DNA from: a virus
Direction: 5' to 3' (one strand)
Virus record (IMG/VR): IMGVR_UViG_3300043773_002340
Coordinates: 7,913-71,912 of that record
DNA length: 64,000 nt
In this document: piece after piece, positions 19,179-29,381 of the stretch
Layout: the number at the start of each line of letters is the position of its first letter
Position numbering within the stretch: position 1 is the first letter of the stretch
Program-made: the position numbers and the translations under genes
The notes under the pieces: model-generated
Database searches by the model: none
What the model was told of the DNA's origin: nothing
What the model saw: the letters and a program-made list of their open reading frames with translations, nothing else

Positions 19179-21005
19179 TCAAAAGTCTTCAACGAGGATT
19201 TGGCAAAACCCTTCTCTAAGGGTGAGCTGACCCGTTATTTCTGTGCACACAAGTTCATACCTGTCAGTGCGGTCGGCAGTAGCCGTGAAGATTGAGGTGA
19301 ATGAACTCACCACGCTCTCCCCGTTGGTCCTGTTATTTGCGAACAAAAGTGCTTTGGCGCATGGAACCACCGGCGACCCGTCAGCCCTGTTACTAAACGC
19401 AAAGACCGCGTACCCGTCTACTGAAGTGAAGTTGTATGCACCCAGATTGACAGTGACCTTGTAAGTTCTTCCTGGAGTTAGGTTGAAGTAGGTGCGAGAA
19501 GACAGGCCCGGGGTGACATAGTCCCCGCGAAAGATAATCGCCTGAGTCCAGACCACACTTCCTCTGTTGATAATGGTTTCATTTGAGGTCAATGAGCCGT
19601 AGCCATATGACTTGCTTTTCCAAGCAGGAGGGACTCCAGGCCCCATTGAAGTGAGTTGTTGTCCAGCAAGACCGACGTTGTAGTCGTTGAAACTGAGGGA
19701 ACCCGTGCCTGTATTGAGGGCGACAAAACCAGTGCTGTCACCGATGATCGTCAGATTGTTTGTTCCGACCTTTCCTGGGTGACTTCCAATAACCACAACC
19801 CCAGACTCGGTGGTGAGGTTGGAGCCAATGCTTCGGTTGCCAATGATAACGCAATTAGCGATCTCTGTCGCATTGTTTGCAATGTTAGTACCGACGATGA
19901 CGTTATGTGAACAAGTGGCATTGAGGCTTTGGCCTGAAGTGTTACCAATTACCACACTGGAAACCGAGGAGTTTACTCCAGCGGTGCCCGCGGTATTGTA
20001 ACCGATGTAGATGCCGGTTCGATAAGGATACTGTCCAAGAGTTGTACCGCCGCCTATGGCGATTTTATCGGAGACGGCGATAATGTTGGGGAAAGTTTCC
20101 CACTTACTGTTGTAAGGAGTGGTGGAGTCTGGGGTGAGATAGTCACCGGGGGTTCCGCCAGGAGGCACTCCGAAAGCGTCCTGTCCTCTCGGGATAGTGA
20201 AGTTGAGAACCGCGTTTTGAACTGTTCCGCTGTTGACGACAGTGGCGTTTGTGCCCGGAAGGCCTGTGCTGGTGGTCCCAACCTCGACTGTCGCGGGGTC
20301 ACCGTCAGCACCTGCTGGACCTGGGTCACCGTCAGAACCTCTGGGTCCTTGGAGACCGGTGGCGCCTCTGGGGCCGGTCGCTCCAGTCTGACCGGGAGTT
20401 CCGGGAAGTCCCGGCAGACCTTGAGGCCCCTGTGGACCCTGCGGTCCTCTCAGAGGGCCGAAATCTTCCCAGCCGGTCGGAGTGTAGATCCAAATGTCGC
20501 CTGTGTCGAGAGTTTGGTAGGCGAAACCCGGAGTGCTAGGGACCGGCAAGTCCTCTGAAGTTGGGACCGTTCCCTGAAGATAGATCCCCGTTCCAGGAGG
20601 ACCCTCTGGGCCCATGGGACCGACAGCACCCCTAGACCCGGGAGCGCCTGTGGCACCAGTGGGACCTGTCAGTCCTTGAGGGCCTTCTGGTCCCTGAACA
20701 CCTGGGGGACCTTGATCTCCGGGTGCACCATCTTGACCATCCTGACCCTTCGGACCGTCGGGTCCTTGAGGCCCGACTGGGCCACGAGGCCCGGGGGTTC
20801 CGGCCCCGATTCCGAATGTGCCAAAGCCCTGTCCGGGCGGAGGATTGGGCAGGATTACATTTCCTTCCGCATCTTTCCTAGTGTTGCTTCCGTCACCGAT
20901 GAACTGATAGTTGTCGGCCAGGTTGAAAGCGATCTCGCCTGGAAACAGGGAGTCAGGGAGTTCGTAAGGGACTTCACTGCGAAAGTTCTGAATGTGAAGG
21001 GTCAT
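19179..21005 (-). CDS. Collagen-like tail fibre (paralog of 10549..12408)
   Basis: First ~270 aa nearly identical to 10549..12408, divergent C-terminal tip. Confidence 0.9.
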   Translation of the reverse strand: MTLHIQNFRSEVPYELPDSLFPGEIAFNLADNYQFIGDGSNTRKDAEGNVILPNPPPGQGFGTFGIGAGTPGPRGPVGPQGPDGPKGQDGQDGAPGDQGPPGVQGPEGPQGLTGPTGATGAPGSRGAVGPMGPEGPPGTGIYLQGTVPTSEDLPVPSTPGFAYQTLDTGDIWIYTPTGWEDFGPLRGPQGPQGPQGLPGLPGTPGQTGATGPRGATGLQGPRGSDGDPGPAGADGDPATVEVGTTSTGLPGTNATVVNSGTVQNAVLNFTIPRGQDAFGVPPGGTPGDYLTPDSTTPYNSKWETFPNIIAVSDKIAIGGGTTLGQYPYRTGIYIGYNTAGTAGVNSSVSSVVIGNTSGQSLNATCSHNVIVGTNIANNATEIANCVIIGNRSIGSNLTTESGVVVIGSHPGKVGTNNLTIIGDSTGFVALNTGTGSLSFNDYNVGLAGQQLTSMGPGVPPAWKSKSYGYGSLTSNETIINRGSVVWTQAIIFRGDYVTPGLSSRTYFNLTPGRTYKVTVNLGAYNFTSVDGYAVFAFSNRADGSPVVPCAKALLFANNRTNGESVVSSFTSIFTATADRTDRYELVCTEITGQLTLREGFCQILVEDF

Positions 21006-21036
21006 TTATCTAACAGTAGAAAAGCAGTGAGAAGCG

Positions 21037-24000
21037 TCAAGGAAGGGCGACTAGCACGGCAGAGAAATTGCTGGCGGTACCCTGCCCCATCGAACATCCT
21101 CCCGTCGCATTACGTATTTGCACGCACATAGCGTCGGTCGTCCCGTTCATGTAGGCGAGTGCTCCCGCATTTCCGCTAACTAAATTGTAACCGCCACTTG
21201 TTGAGATGACGGTGCCGTTGCAGACCAAGGAGAGAACATTTTCGCAGGCTCCCGCAAAAATCCTCCCTCCAGCGGTAACCTGGTACCAACCTGGGACGGT
21301 CGGTGTGAACACTCCGGTGGTCGAGTTGTACCAGGAGGTGGAGTCAGAAACCGCCGTGCAGTATCTGAGAACTTGAGGCGTGTAAGAGGCACAGGAGGTG
21401 AGAGTTATACCGTTTGCGTTGCGGGTCATCGCGCAGCCCGCATTGGAGCCGTTCGACCACTTGACCGCGTTGGCGCCGGTGCTCGAGAGGACTTGACCCG
21501 CAGTGCCGCAGCATCCGGCACAGTCGATGATGCCAGCGCCAGGCTTGATGGCGAACGTGCAGTCGCCGCTCAGCCAGTTGATGTTGTTCACGCCGATAGC
21601 GAGTTGGCAACTGCCAGTGGCGCTCGGGAAACAGACGTTCGTGCCGATGGCGATGTTGCTGTTTCCGGAGGCCATGTTGTAGCCGGCCTGCACACCGATG
21701 AAGATGTTGCAGATGCCCGTGCTGACCCCACAGCCCGCGTTCGTTCCTAGAGCGACGGAGTTGCAGCCACCAGTTCCACTTGTGTTGCGAAGTGTGCCCT
21801 GACCGATCGCGGTGACCGAACACGCCGTTGTCGCGGCAGCTGTAGCGAAAGCCGCCTCACCGAGTGCGACGTTGTAGCAGCCGGTCGTGGCGCACCTGCC
21901 GGCGACGCCGCCGATGTAGGTGTTCAGGCAGCCGACGTCAGAGAGGGCGGCGTTTGTGCCAAGGTAGGTGTTGCCGCACCCGGTGTTCTGTGAACAACCG
22001 GCATTGAAGCCGATGGCGATGTTGCCGCTGGTCCCGTCAAGGGCACATCCGGCATTTCCACCAATGGCCACGTTGAAGTTGCCGCTTGTGAGGGCGAGGC
22101 CGGCGCTGCAACCCATCACGGTGTTTGAACTGCCGGTGGTGAGGCAACGACCGGCGTTGCTGCCGATGACGACGTTGTTCGAGGTGGCGACTCCAGAACC
22201 TGCGTTGCATGCAGCATTAAGGCCGATGTAGACATTGTTGTTGAGGCCGGCTCCGGCGCTGATGCCGAGCGAAGTGTTTGTTCCGGCGGTGCAGCCGAAC
22301 ACGATACCCGCCACTGCCGGGGTGGCGGTCATGGTGCGCCAGCGAATGGGGCCTAGGCCAGTGCTGACCAGGAACTGGTTGCATGTTCCCGTGGTGCCCA
22401 AGCAGTCGATGATGCCGGCACCGGGTTTGATGTTCCTGTCGCTATCACCTGTGAGCCAGTACTGACCAGCAGCGAAACCGATGGCGAGTTGACAGGACCC
22501 CGTGGCCACAGCGACATCCACCGCGTTGCCGATGGCGACGTTCTGGTCACCGGCGGTCGTGCAACAACCAGCCTCACTACCGATGAAGACGTTTCGGTTG
22601 CCGGAGCTGTTCTGTCCCGCCGCGAGACCGAGAGCCGTGTTGTTGACTCCGACAAGATTGTTCAGAAGAGCTCCTGCACCCACGGCGGTGTTATTTCCGC
22701 CGGTGGTGGTCGCACAGCTCGTGTTCACACCCACAAAGGTGTTTTGAGAGCCTGTGGTCAACTGTCTGCCGGAGTTCAAACCGACGGAGGTGTTGGCACA
22801 ACCGGTGGAAACAGTGCTGAGACTGAAACTGCCAACACCGGTGTTGCTTCCGCCATTGCCTCCGGTGAACAGTGCGCCGTAACCGACCGCAGTGTTGTAG
22901 AGAGCTGTGGAGGTACCGCAACTGGCGCTCGGCCCGACAGCCACGTTGTAGCAGCCAGTGGTTATTCCTCGAAGAGCATTTTCACCGACGCCGACGTTCC
23001 TCACGCCTGTGGTGAGACCCCGCATTGCGGAGAAGCCGATGCCGACGTTGCACCCACCGCCACCGTTTGTGGCCATGGCGTAGGAGCCGAAAGCCGTGTT
23101 TCCTTCACCGGCGGACGAGCCGCTCAGGGCACAGAAACCTACCGTCGTGTTGTCAGCGCCTGTGGCACTCGCCAAAGCGCACTGACCGAGTGATGTGCTG
23201 CGGTTGGTGATGTCCTTTGTGCATCCAAAGACCGTGCCTAGAACGATCGGGGTCGCTGCGGGGACTTCAGCCGCGGAGCACCAAGCGAGGCCAGTGCCAG
23301 TCGATGTTAGGAGCTGACCCGCAGTTCCAACACAACCGGCAGCGTCGATGATGCCTGCGCCGGGTTTGATGTTCAAGTTGGAACACCCGGTCAACCAGTT
23401 GCAACCCTGATTGAAACCGATGACGAGCTGGCAGCTTCCTGTCGCGACAGGAGCGTTGACGTTGGGTCCGATGATGACGTTGCAACCACCGGATGTGAGG
23501 TTCTTGCCCGCGAGAGCGCCCAGGGCGACGTTGCTATTATCTACCGCCGGGTTGGACGCGGAGTAGGCGCAGAGTGCAAGTGCACCGATCGCGGTATGGT
23601 AGTTTCCGGAGGCCGTGGCGGGGAGGGCCGCGGTGCCAACGGCGGTGATGCAACTGCCTGTGCTGTAGCACTGAGCCGCCGCCCATCCTATCGCCACAGC
23701 GCAGGTCGCAGTCGTGACTCCGCCCAAAGCACAGCGTCCGAGAGCAGCGTTGAGTGTTGTGGTGCAGCCGAGAACGGTGCCGGCCACAAGAGGTGTGGCG
23801 GCGACAGGCAGAGCGGGCCCCCACTTGACTCCAGATGGGAAGGCGGAGTCTACTGTGAGGACTTGGCCGTCAGTTCCAAGAGCGAGATTGGCGGGAGTTG
23901 AAGCGGCTGTCGCAACGAGAATGCTGCCGCATGCCGTGTAGTTGCTCAGTGGGACGTAGGTGGCTTTCGCTCCCGCAGGAGTGACGGCCAGAGTCGCGTC

Positions 24001-26730
24001 AGTGCCAGTTCCAGTTTCGGCATTTGTCGCGAGCTGAACGATTCCGGGAGCGGAGGTCGAAGCGGTGGGAATGTCAACACCGACGTTCAGGAACTCCCAA
24101 AGTGCCCCGTTGGAGAGAAGCCAGTCCCCCTGATTGGTGACGAAGGGAGTGGCGGGGCCGATCGTGTCTACTGGAATGCTCCACGGTGTGCCACTTGTGG
24201 AGAATGCCGTGAGACTGTTGCCAACAGTGTAGTCCGATCCACCACTCACCAGCACGACGTTGGTGACGACACCAGCACCATCAACCGTGATGTCAGCAGT
24301 TGCACCATTACCAGTTCCGCCAACGAGAGGCTCAGCGAGGTAGGTTCCGGGAGTGTAGCCTGTCCCTCCGACGAGAGTCCCGAGGGTCAAGATCGGCCCA
24401 CCCGCACCTGGAGGTGTGTAGGTGCCGCCATTCGTGACGATCACGAAGTAGTCCGTGTTCGAAACAGCAGCGTTGGGAAGGTCGTCCCCAATAGTGAAAC
24501 CTTCGCCTTCTCCAGCGCTGGTCACCGTGAGCATTTCAGCGGCGGTCGCGTCAAATGTCCCGGCGAGTGTCAAACTCGTGGCAACCAACAGATCGTCGAT
24601 CTGGTTCTGAAGAAGCCGTCCCTGATTCGCCGTCAGAGCTTGAGTGGTCGAAGTCGAGGATGTGGTGTTGTTGAGTTGGACCACACCAGCGGCGGTCGTC
24701 GAAGCGGCCGCGACACTGACAACTGGTGCAGTTCCGGCGGTCACCGAGACAGGAGCCGTTCCTGTCACTCCGGTCACCACTCCCGGGAAAGTCTGGCCCG
24801 CGTTGAAAGTGATGTTGCCGGTCATTGTCCCGCCTGTCCTCGGCAGGGCGGCATTCGCTGTCGCGCTTGCCGTGTTGGCGACACCCGCGGCGCTGGTGGC
24901 GGCCTGGAAAGCGTTCTTGACCGAGTTCGGAGTCGCGGCAGTCGTTGTGCTGCTGCTTCCAGTCGAGTCGGTAAGTTGGAGAACGCCAGCGGCGGTTGTG
25001 GAGCCAGCATTGACGCTGATGACTCCAGAGGCGACTTGGATGTTGTCGCCGATTTGGACGACCCCTTTCGAAGATGTCGTCGCGTCAGAAATGCTTGTGC
25101 CTGGGAACGTCTGACTCGCGCTGAACACGATGTCGCCAGTCATTGTCCCGCCCGACTTAAGCAGTGCGCCACTCGCCAGGTTATAGGCGAGTTTCACCGA
25201 GTTGGGGGTCGCAGCGGTTGTCGTGCTGCTGCTGTCTGTGGCGTCTGTGAGCTGAAGCACACCAGCGACGCTTGTCGATCCAGCGGCGACACTGATGATG
25301 CCAGAGGAAACGTCGATGTTGCTGCCGATCTGAACGACACCAAGTGAAGATGTGGTGGCGGGGTCGACACCGCTTGGCGGAAACGTCTGAGTGGGACTGA
25401 AGACGATGTCGCCAGTCATGGTCCCACCCGCTGTGGGCAGAGCCGCATCAGCGGTCGCCTGAGCTGCGGCCGCATCGAGAGCGGCCTGGTCAGCAGCATC
25501 CTGTGCAGAGGACGCGGCGGTTCCAGCGGCTAGAGCGGCATCATTGGCCGTCTTGGCAGCTGTGCTCGAGGCGATGATGGCGCTCGAAGTTGTGGACACA
25601 CTGTCGCTGAGTTTGCTCTGCAGACCAGCTGGTGTGACGACGGTGGAGGTGTTGGAGCCGGTTTGAACCTGTGCGTCGGTGGCGAGGATGACCTCACCTT
25701 GGACGGTGGTCGAAGCGTAGGGAGCGTCCAAACCGACGTTCAGGAACTGCCACGCAACTCCGTCCGAAACGAACCAGTCACCCACGGTGTAGGGAGGAGT
25801 TCCGGCTGGTCCTGTGCTTCCGGCAACGTCAACGATGACAAAATATCCGTCATTGGCAACCGCTGCCGCCGGGAGTGGGTCACCGACAACAAAACCCTCA
25901 CTGGTTCCCTGTGGGGTCACACCATCCACCAGTCCGGTGTTCGCGTCGAACGTGCCGGCGAAGGTGAGGTTGGTGGTGAATGAGAGAACGTTGATCTGGT
26001 CCTGAAGGGCCTTGCCTCGGGCCGCTGTCAAGGCTTCCGTTGTAGAAGTGCTCGTGGTCGTGTTGTTCAGTTGGACAACACCGGGAGCGGAAGTGCTCGC
26101 CGCTGAAACACCCACAGCGGGCTGAGTCGGGTCAGCGTTGTCAACCGTGATGGCGGAGCCGCCTGTCGCGGAAACACTGGTGACCACGCCGGGGAATGTT
26201 TGTCCCGCTTTGAAAGAGATATTTCCAGTCATCGTGCCGCCTGCTTTAGGCAGCGCGGCATTCGCTGTCACCTGAGCGGTGTTCGCCAGTGTCTGAGCCG
26301 TGATGGCGGTGTTGTCCGCTTGAAATGCTAAGTTGTAGGCGGAGCGCACAGCATTTGCTGTGGCCGCCAGTGTGGTGGAAGTGCTTGAGGTCGAATCGGC
26401 GAGTTGAACTGCACCCGCATTCGACACTGAGGCGGCATCAATCGACACCACAGGGGTGCTGACTGAACCTGTGACCTGGATAGGAGCGGCTCCCTGAACG
26501 ATGTTCACCGATCCACCGCCGCCTCCCCCGGCCAGCAAGAAGGAGACCCAACCTTGACCGGCGGGAGGGGGAGGGAGAACGGGATTTCCGCCTATGTCGG
26601 TCCTTTCGTCGCTGCCGTTTCCGAGAAACAGAATGTTGTCCGCCAAGTTGAAGGCGAGTTGCCCAGGCAACAGTCCTTCGGGGGACTCGCCGGGGACGGA
26701 CGATCGGGTTTGCTGTACGGATAATGACAT
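21037..26730 (-). CDS. Giant tail fibre (1897 aa) with Cys-rich beta-roll distal half
   Basis: Mtd_N-like head; ASTxxxGxVQL fibre repeats; three beta-roll + IKPGAGIID modules; C1q-like tip (GVFTPTVPGWYQV). Confidence 0.9.
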   Translation of the reverse strand: MSLSVQQTRSSVPGESPEGLLPGQLAFNLADNILFLGNGSDERTDIGGNPVLPPPPAGQGWVSFLLAGGGGGGSVNIVQGAAPIQVTGSVSTPVVSIDAASVSNAGAVQLADSTSSTSTTLAATANAVRSAYNLAFQADNTAITAQTLANTAQVTANAALPKAGGTMTGNISFKAGQTFPGVVTSVSATGGSAITVDNADPTQPAVGVSAASTSAPGVVQLNNTTTSTSTTEALTAARGKALQDQINVLSFTTNLTFAGTFDANTGLVDGVTPQGTSEGFVVGDPLPAAAVANDGYFVIVDVAGSTGPAGTPPYTVGDWFVSDGVAWQFLNVGLDAPYASTTVQGEVILATDAQVQTGSNTSTVVTPAGLQSKLSDSVSTTSSAIIASSTAAKTANDAALAAGTAASSAQDAADQAALDAAAAQATADAALPTAGGTMTGDIVFSPTQTFPPSGVDPATTSSLGVVQIGSNIDVSSGIISVAAGSTSVAGVLQLTDATDSSSTTTAATPNSVKLAYNLASGALLKSGGTMTGDIVFSASQTFPGTSISDATTSSKGVVQIGDNIQVASGVISVNAGSTTAAGVLQLTDSTGSSSTTTAATPNSVKNAFQAATSAAGVANTASATANAALPRTGGTMTGNITFNAGQTFPGVVTGVTGTAPVSVTAGTAPVVSVAAASTTAAGVVQLNNTTSSTSTTQALTANQGRLLQNQIDDLLVATSLTLAGTFDATAAEMLTVTSAGEGEGFTIGDDLPNAAVSNTDYFVIVTNGGTYTPPGAGGPILTLGTLVGGTGYTPGTYLAEPLVGGTGNGATADITVDGAGVVTNVVLVSGGSDYTVGNSLTAFSTSGTPWSIPVDTIGPATPFVTNQGDWLLSNGALWEFLNVGVDIPTASTSAPGIVQLATNAETGTGTDATLAVTPAGAKATYVPLSNYTACGSILVATAASTPANLALGTDGQVLTVDSAFPSGVKWGPALPVAATPLVAGTVLGCTTTLNAALGRCALGGVTTATCAVAIGWAAAQCYSTGSCITAVGTAALPATASGNYHTAIGALALCAYSASNPAVDNSNVALGALAGKNLTSGGCNVIIGPNVNAPVATGSCQLVIGFNQGCNWLTGCSNLNIKPGAGIIDAAGCVGTAGQLLTSTGTGLAWCSAAEVPAATPIVLGTVFGCTKDITNRSTSLGQCALASATGADNTTVGFCALSGSSAGEGNTAFGSYAMATNGGGGCNVGIGFSAMRGLTTGVRNVGVGENALRGITTGCYNVAVGPSASCGTSTALYNTAVGYGALFTGGNGGSNTGVGSFSLSTVSTGCANTSVGLNSGRQLTTGSQNTFVGVNTSCATTTGGNNTAVGAGALLNNLVGVNNTALGLAAGQNSSGNRNVFIGSEAGCCTTAGDQNVAIGNAVDVAVATGSCQLAIGFAAGQYWLTGDSDRNIKPGAGIIDCLGTTGTCNQFLVSTGLGPIRWRTMTATPAVAGIVFGCTAGTNTSLGISAGAGLNNNVYIGLNAACNAGSGVATSNNVVIGSNAGRCLTTGSSNTVMGCSAGLALTSGNFNVAIGGNAGCALDGTSGNIAIGFNAGCSQNTGCGNTYLGTNAALSDVGCLNTYIGGVAGRCATTGCYNVALGEAAFATAAATTACSVTAIGQGTLRNTSGTGGCNSVALGTNAGCGVSTGICNIFIGVQAGYNMASGNSNIAIGTNVCFPSATGSCQLAIGVNNINWLSGDCTFAIKPGAGIIDCAGCCGTAGQVLSSTGANAVKWSNGSNAGCAMTRNANGITLTSCASYTPQVLRYCTAVSDSTSWYNSTTGVFTPTVPGWYQVTAGGRIFAGACENVLSLVCNGTVISTSGGYNLVSGNAGALAYMNGTTDAMCVQIRNATGGCSMGQGTASNFSAVLVALP

Positions 26731-26733
26731 CTA

Positions 26734-26958
26734 TCAGCCCTGCGAACCAAAGACGCCACAATCAAATGTTCCTTCGGTGACGTAGTTTGGATCCAGAGCA
26801 ATAGAGTCTGTTGTTACAACAAGCCCATTCTCCAGGGGCAGGGGGCCCGTAGTTGTGTAAATATCCGGGGCATCCTCAGAATTCAGGATGCGGTCGGGGA
26901 GCGGTGTGCTGCCAGGATATTGAGGAGAGGGCGGTACGATGAAAGTGAAGTTGGGCAT
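26734..26958 (-). CDS. Small fibre-associated adaptor-like protein
   Basis: 74 aa from ATG 26958; ends TFDCGVFGSQG; paralog of 8652..8816. Confidence 0.75.
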   Translation of the reverse strand: MPNFTFIVPPSPQYPGSTPLPDRILNSEDAPDIYTTTGPLPLENGLVVTTDSIALDPNYVTEGTFDCGVFGSQG

Positions 26959-26983
26959 TATCAAACAGACCCAGATGAAGGTG

Positions 26984-26991
26984 TTTTACCC
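26984..26991 (-). promoter_or_regulatory. GGGTAAAA motif (putative late promoter)
   Basis: Overlaps the glycosyltransferase stop; 25 nt upstream of ATG 26958. Confidence 0.65.
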
Positions 26992-27885
26992 TCCCAGGGA
27001 TTCGACAATTTCGTCGACGTTGAAGAGATCTCCCAGATCCTCCTCTTCGTACGGAAACTCGTTCTCGTTCCCGTCGAATTGATAGTCGAAGAGGTACGAA
27101 CCCGGCAGCGAACGCTTCGGCTTCTGTTTGGCTTGGATGTTCGTGTGGAGACCGTGACCGAAAATCACCGAAGATGTCGCATTCCACAGAACAGTGCTAG
27201 GCAGCTCAAATGCGGCAGCGGCGTGTTGGAGTGAGGAGTCGATCAGGAGGCGTTTGTCGGTCAGTTCCAGAAGACCAACGAGTTCCGTGTTGCTCAGAGG
27301 CTCACTGCGCACGAAAACATCGGGGATCTTCTCAGAATTCTGCCGAGTGATCTGCATGATGAAGTGTGTGTCACGGAAGTGATCCGCCACTTTGCAGGCC
27401 ACATCGAAAGGCATGTCGCGAGCCCAGCTGTAGGGACGCTCGTTACTGTAGAGTCCACCATTGGTGTGGATCAGCAGGAATGGCTTACCTTCGAACTTCG
27501 GCTCGTAGAAATTCTTGATCGCCTTGCGCTGCTCTGGGTTGATTTTCAGAGAGGGCTTCTCCCCGTTGTACTCGAGACCGAGAGTCTTGCACCAGGACTC
27601 GACGAGGGAGTGAGTCTTGTTGACGTGGGTAGTGGTGAAATATGGCTCTTGGGCGAAAATCAGCGAGTCTTTATCTTCGACAAACTCTTCGTAGAAATAC
27701 TGTGTCTGGCCAAGCGGATACACTCGGTAGACGAAAGGCAGGTTTGCCCAGAGCTCCGGCCACGCACAGACGACCACGAGCTCCCGGTCAGGGTGGTTGT
27801 TTTTGATGGCCTTGGCTACCGCTGTCGCAGCGATGTGCTTGCCGAGGCCACCGTTGATCTGGAAGATGCTGTATTTTTTAGACAT
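26986..27885 (-). CDS. GT-B fold glycosyltransferase, GT9/heptosyltransferase-like
   Basis: GGLGKHIAATAVAKAIKNNHPDRELVVV...ELWANLPFV and LIDSSLQHAAAAFELPSTVLW match the GT9 N- and C-terminal signatures. Confidence 0.85.
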   Translation of the reverse strand: MSKKYSIFQINGGLGKHIAATAVAKAIKNNHPDRELVVVCAWPELWANLPFVYRVYPLGQTQYFYEEFVEDKDSLIFAQEPYFTTTHVNKTHSLVESWCKTLGLEYNGEKPSLKINPEQRKAIKNFYEPKFEGKPFLLIHTNGGLYSNERPYSWARDMPFDVACKVADHFRDTHFIMQITRQNSEKIPDVFVRSEPLSNTELVGLLELTDKRLLIDSSLQHAAAAFELPSTVLWNATSSVIFGHGLHTNIQAKQKPKRSLPGSYLFDYQFDGNENEFPYEEEDLGDLFNVDEIVESLGG

Positions 27886-27911
27886 GGAGACCGAGGGTTT
27901 GTCTTAGTATA

Positions 27912-27940
27912 GTGAAAGAGGGGAGGCCGAAACCTCCCCC
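27912..27940 (-). terminator. GC hairpin with short U-rich tail (putative terminator)
   Basis: GGGGAGG-TTTCGG-CCTCCCC-TCTTTCAC on minus strand; followed directly by TATACT upstream of the glycosyltransferase. Confidence 0.6.
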
Positions 27941-27947
27941 TTGGTCA

Positions 27948-29363
27948 TCAGGCGCCGACGGGGACGACGGTCGTGATGATGGACGGGATGGCGGGGTACG
28001 GAGCGACAGCGTTCTCTGCGAGCAGTTGGACGTCGGTGTCAAGCGACCACCACCAGATCTCGATGAAATCACCAGCGGCCAGGGTCATGATGAAGTTGAC
28101 AGTGGCGAGCTGGGGAGTGTTGTTACCGACCAGGGTGATGTTCGATGCCGAGTTGTCGACGTTGACACCGTTCTTCTTGAACCAGATGTTGATGTCGTCG
28201 CTACCTGCGTCCGTCTTCGTCACCTGCATCGAGAACTGGATGTTGTAGGTTCCAGCGGAGGCCACTGTGAGCTTGGTTCCGTCAACGATGCTGACGTTGC
28301 GGCTCTCAGTCGTGGTGTTGTAGGTGACTGCGTTTCCGTTGGTGGTGTCTAGGTTGTTCTGAGGAACTGTGCTGAGGAAGGAACCGTAGTTCGGCAGCAG
28401 GGCGGCGGAGCCTGTCCAAGCAGGAGCGGATCCAGTGCCTGTCGACATCAGGATCTGACCGTTGGTTCCGTAGGACGGGGTCGTACCGACACCCACGGCA
28501 CCGTTCTCGTTGACCTGCAGTTTGATGGTTGTACCGGCGGCCAGGATAAGGTTGTCGGCAAGGGCCGCTGTACCGGAAATGTCACCGATGATGGTGTTGT
28601 TGCTTCCAGTTGTAACAGCGTCGCCAGTGGTGTAACCGAGGAAGGTGTTGCCACCACCAGTAGTTACGGAGTCGCCCGCCTGGAAGCCCAAGGCCACGTT
28701 GCCCAGACCCGTGGTCACAGCGAGCAGGGCACAAGCGCCGACGGCAGTCGTTCCGCTTTGGTTATGAGCCGCACCGAGAGCATTCCATCCAATAGCCACG
28801 CCGCAGGAAGTCGCCACGGTCGTATCACCAGCGCCGCTTCCGATAAACGTGTTGCATCCGCCAGTGTTAGCGAAACCGGCTGTGGCTCCGACGAACGTGT
28901 TGTCACAGGATGTGACTAAAGCTCCTCCAACGAAAGCTCCCACCAAGGTGTTGCGAGCGCCGGTTTGAATAGCCTTGCCCGTGTTGGCCCCATAGGCTGT
29001 GTTACGTTGGCCCGATGTCACGGCGCAAAGGGTGCAAGAACCAAATGCGCTATTCAGGGAGGATCCAGTAGTTGCAGATCTCAGTGCGCATAAGCCATAA
29101 CTTAGATTGTCTTTGGGCGCATCCCAAAGGCCATATACGGTGCCAAGCGCTGTGGGCGTGGCCGCGGCTCCGGCACTTGCCGCTAAGTCGTAGGCGGCTT
29201 TTACTGCGTTGGCCGTGGCGGCTTCGGATGTGGAAGTGCTACTAGTAGTGTCGTTGAGTTGTACGATACCAGCCCCCGAAGTCGAGGAGGCCGGCAGGTT
29301 GGCGATGGCGATGGTGGAGCCGTTCTGAATAAAAACGTCACCAATGTAGAAAGATTCGGACAT
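27948..29363 (-). CDS. Tail fibre/adhesin with Cys-containing beta-roll and C1q/BclA-like tip
   Basis: ASSTSGAGIVQL repeat; NTFIGSGAG repeats with 7 Cys; AGTYNIQFSMQ...IWFKKNG...LAAGDFIEIWW tip. Confidence 0.85.
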   Translation of the reverse strand: MSESFYIGDVFIQNGSTIAIANLPASSTSGAGIVQLNDTTSSTSTSEAATANAVKAAYDLAASAGAAATPTALGTVYGLWDAPKDNLSYGLCALRSATTGSSLNSAFGSCTLCAVTSGQRNTAYGANTGKAIQTGARNTLVGAFVGGALVTSCDNTFVGATAGFANTGGCNTFIGSGAGDTTVATSCGVAIGWNALGAAHNQSGTTAVGACALLAVTTGLGNVALGFQAGDSVTTGGGNTFLGYTTGDAVTTGSNNTIIGDISGTAALADNLILAAGTTIKLQVNENGAVGVGTTPSYGTNGQILMSTGTGSAPAWTGSAALLPNYGSFLSTVPQNNLDTTNGNAVTYNTTTESRNVSIVDGTKLTVASAGTYNIQFSMQVTKTDAGSDDINIWFKKNGVNVDNSASNITLVGNNTPQLATVNFIMTLAAGDFIEIWWWSLDTDVQLLAENAVAPYPAIPSIITTVVPVGA

Positions 29364-29381
29364 GATTAGCGAGGGTCAGAT

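Noticed and set aside
10549-21005. Invertase/shufflon-type fibre switching
   Set aside because: All fibre genes are complete and co-oriented; no recombinase or inverted crossover sites seen.
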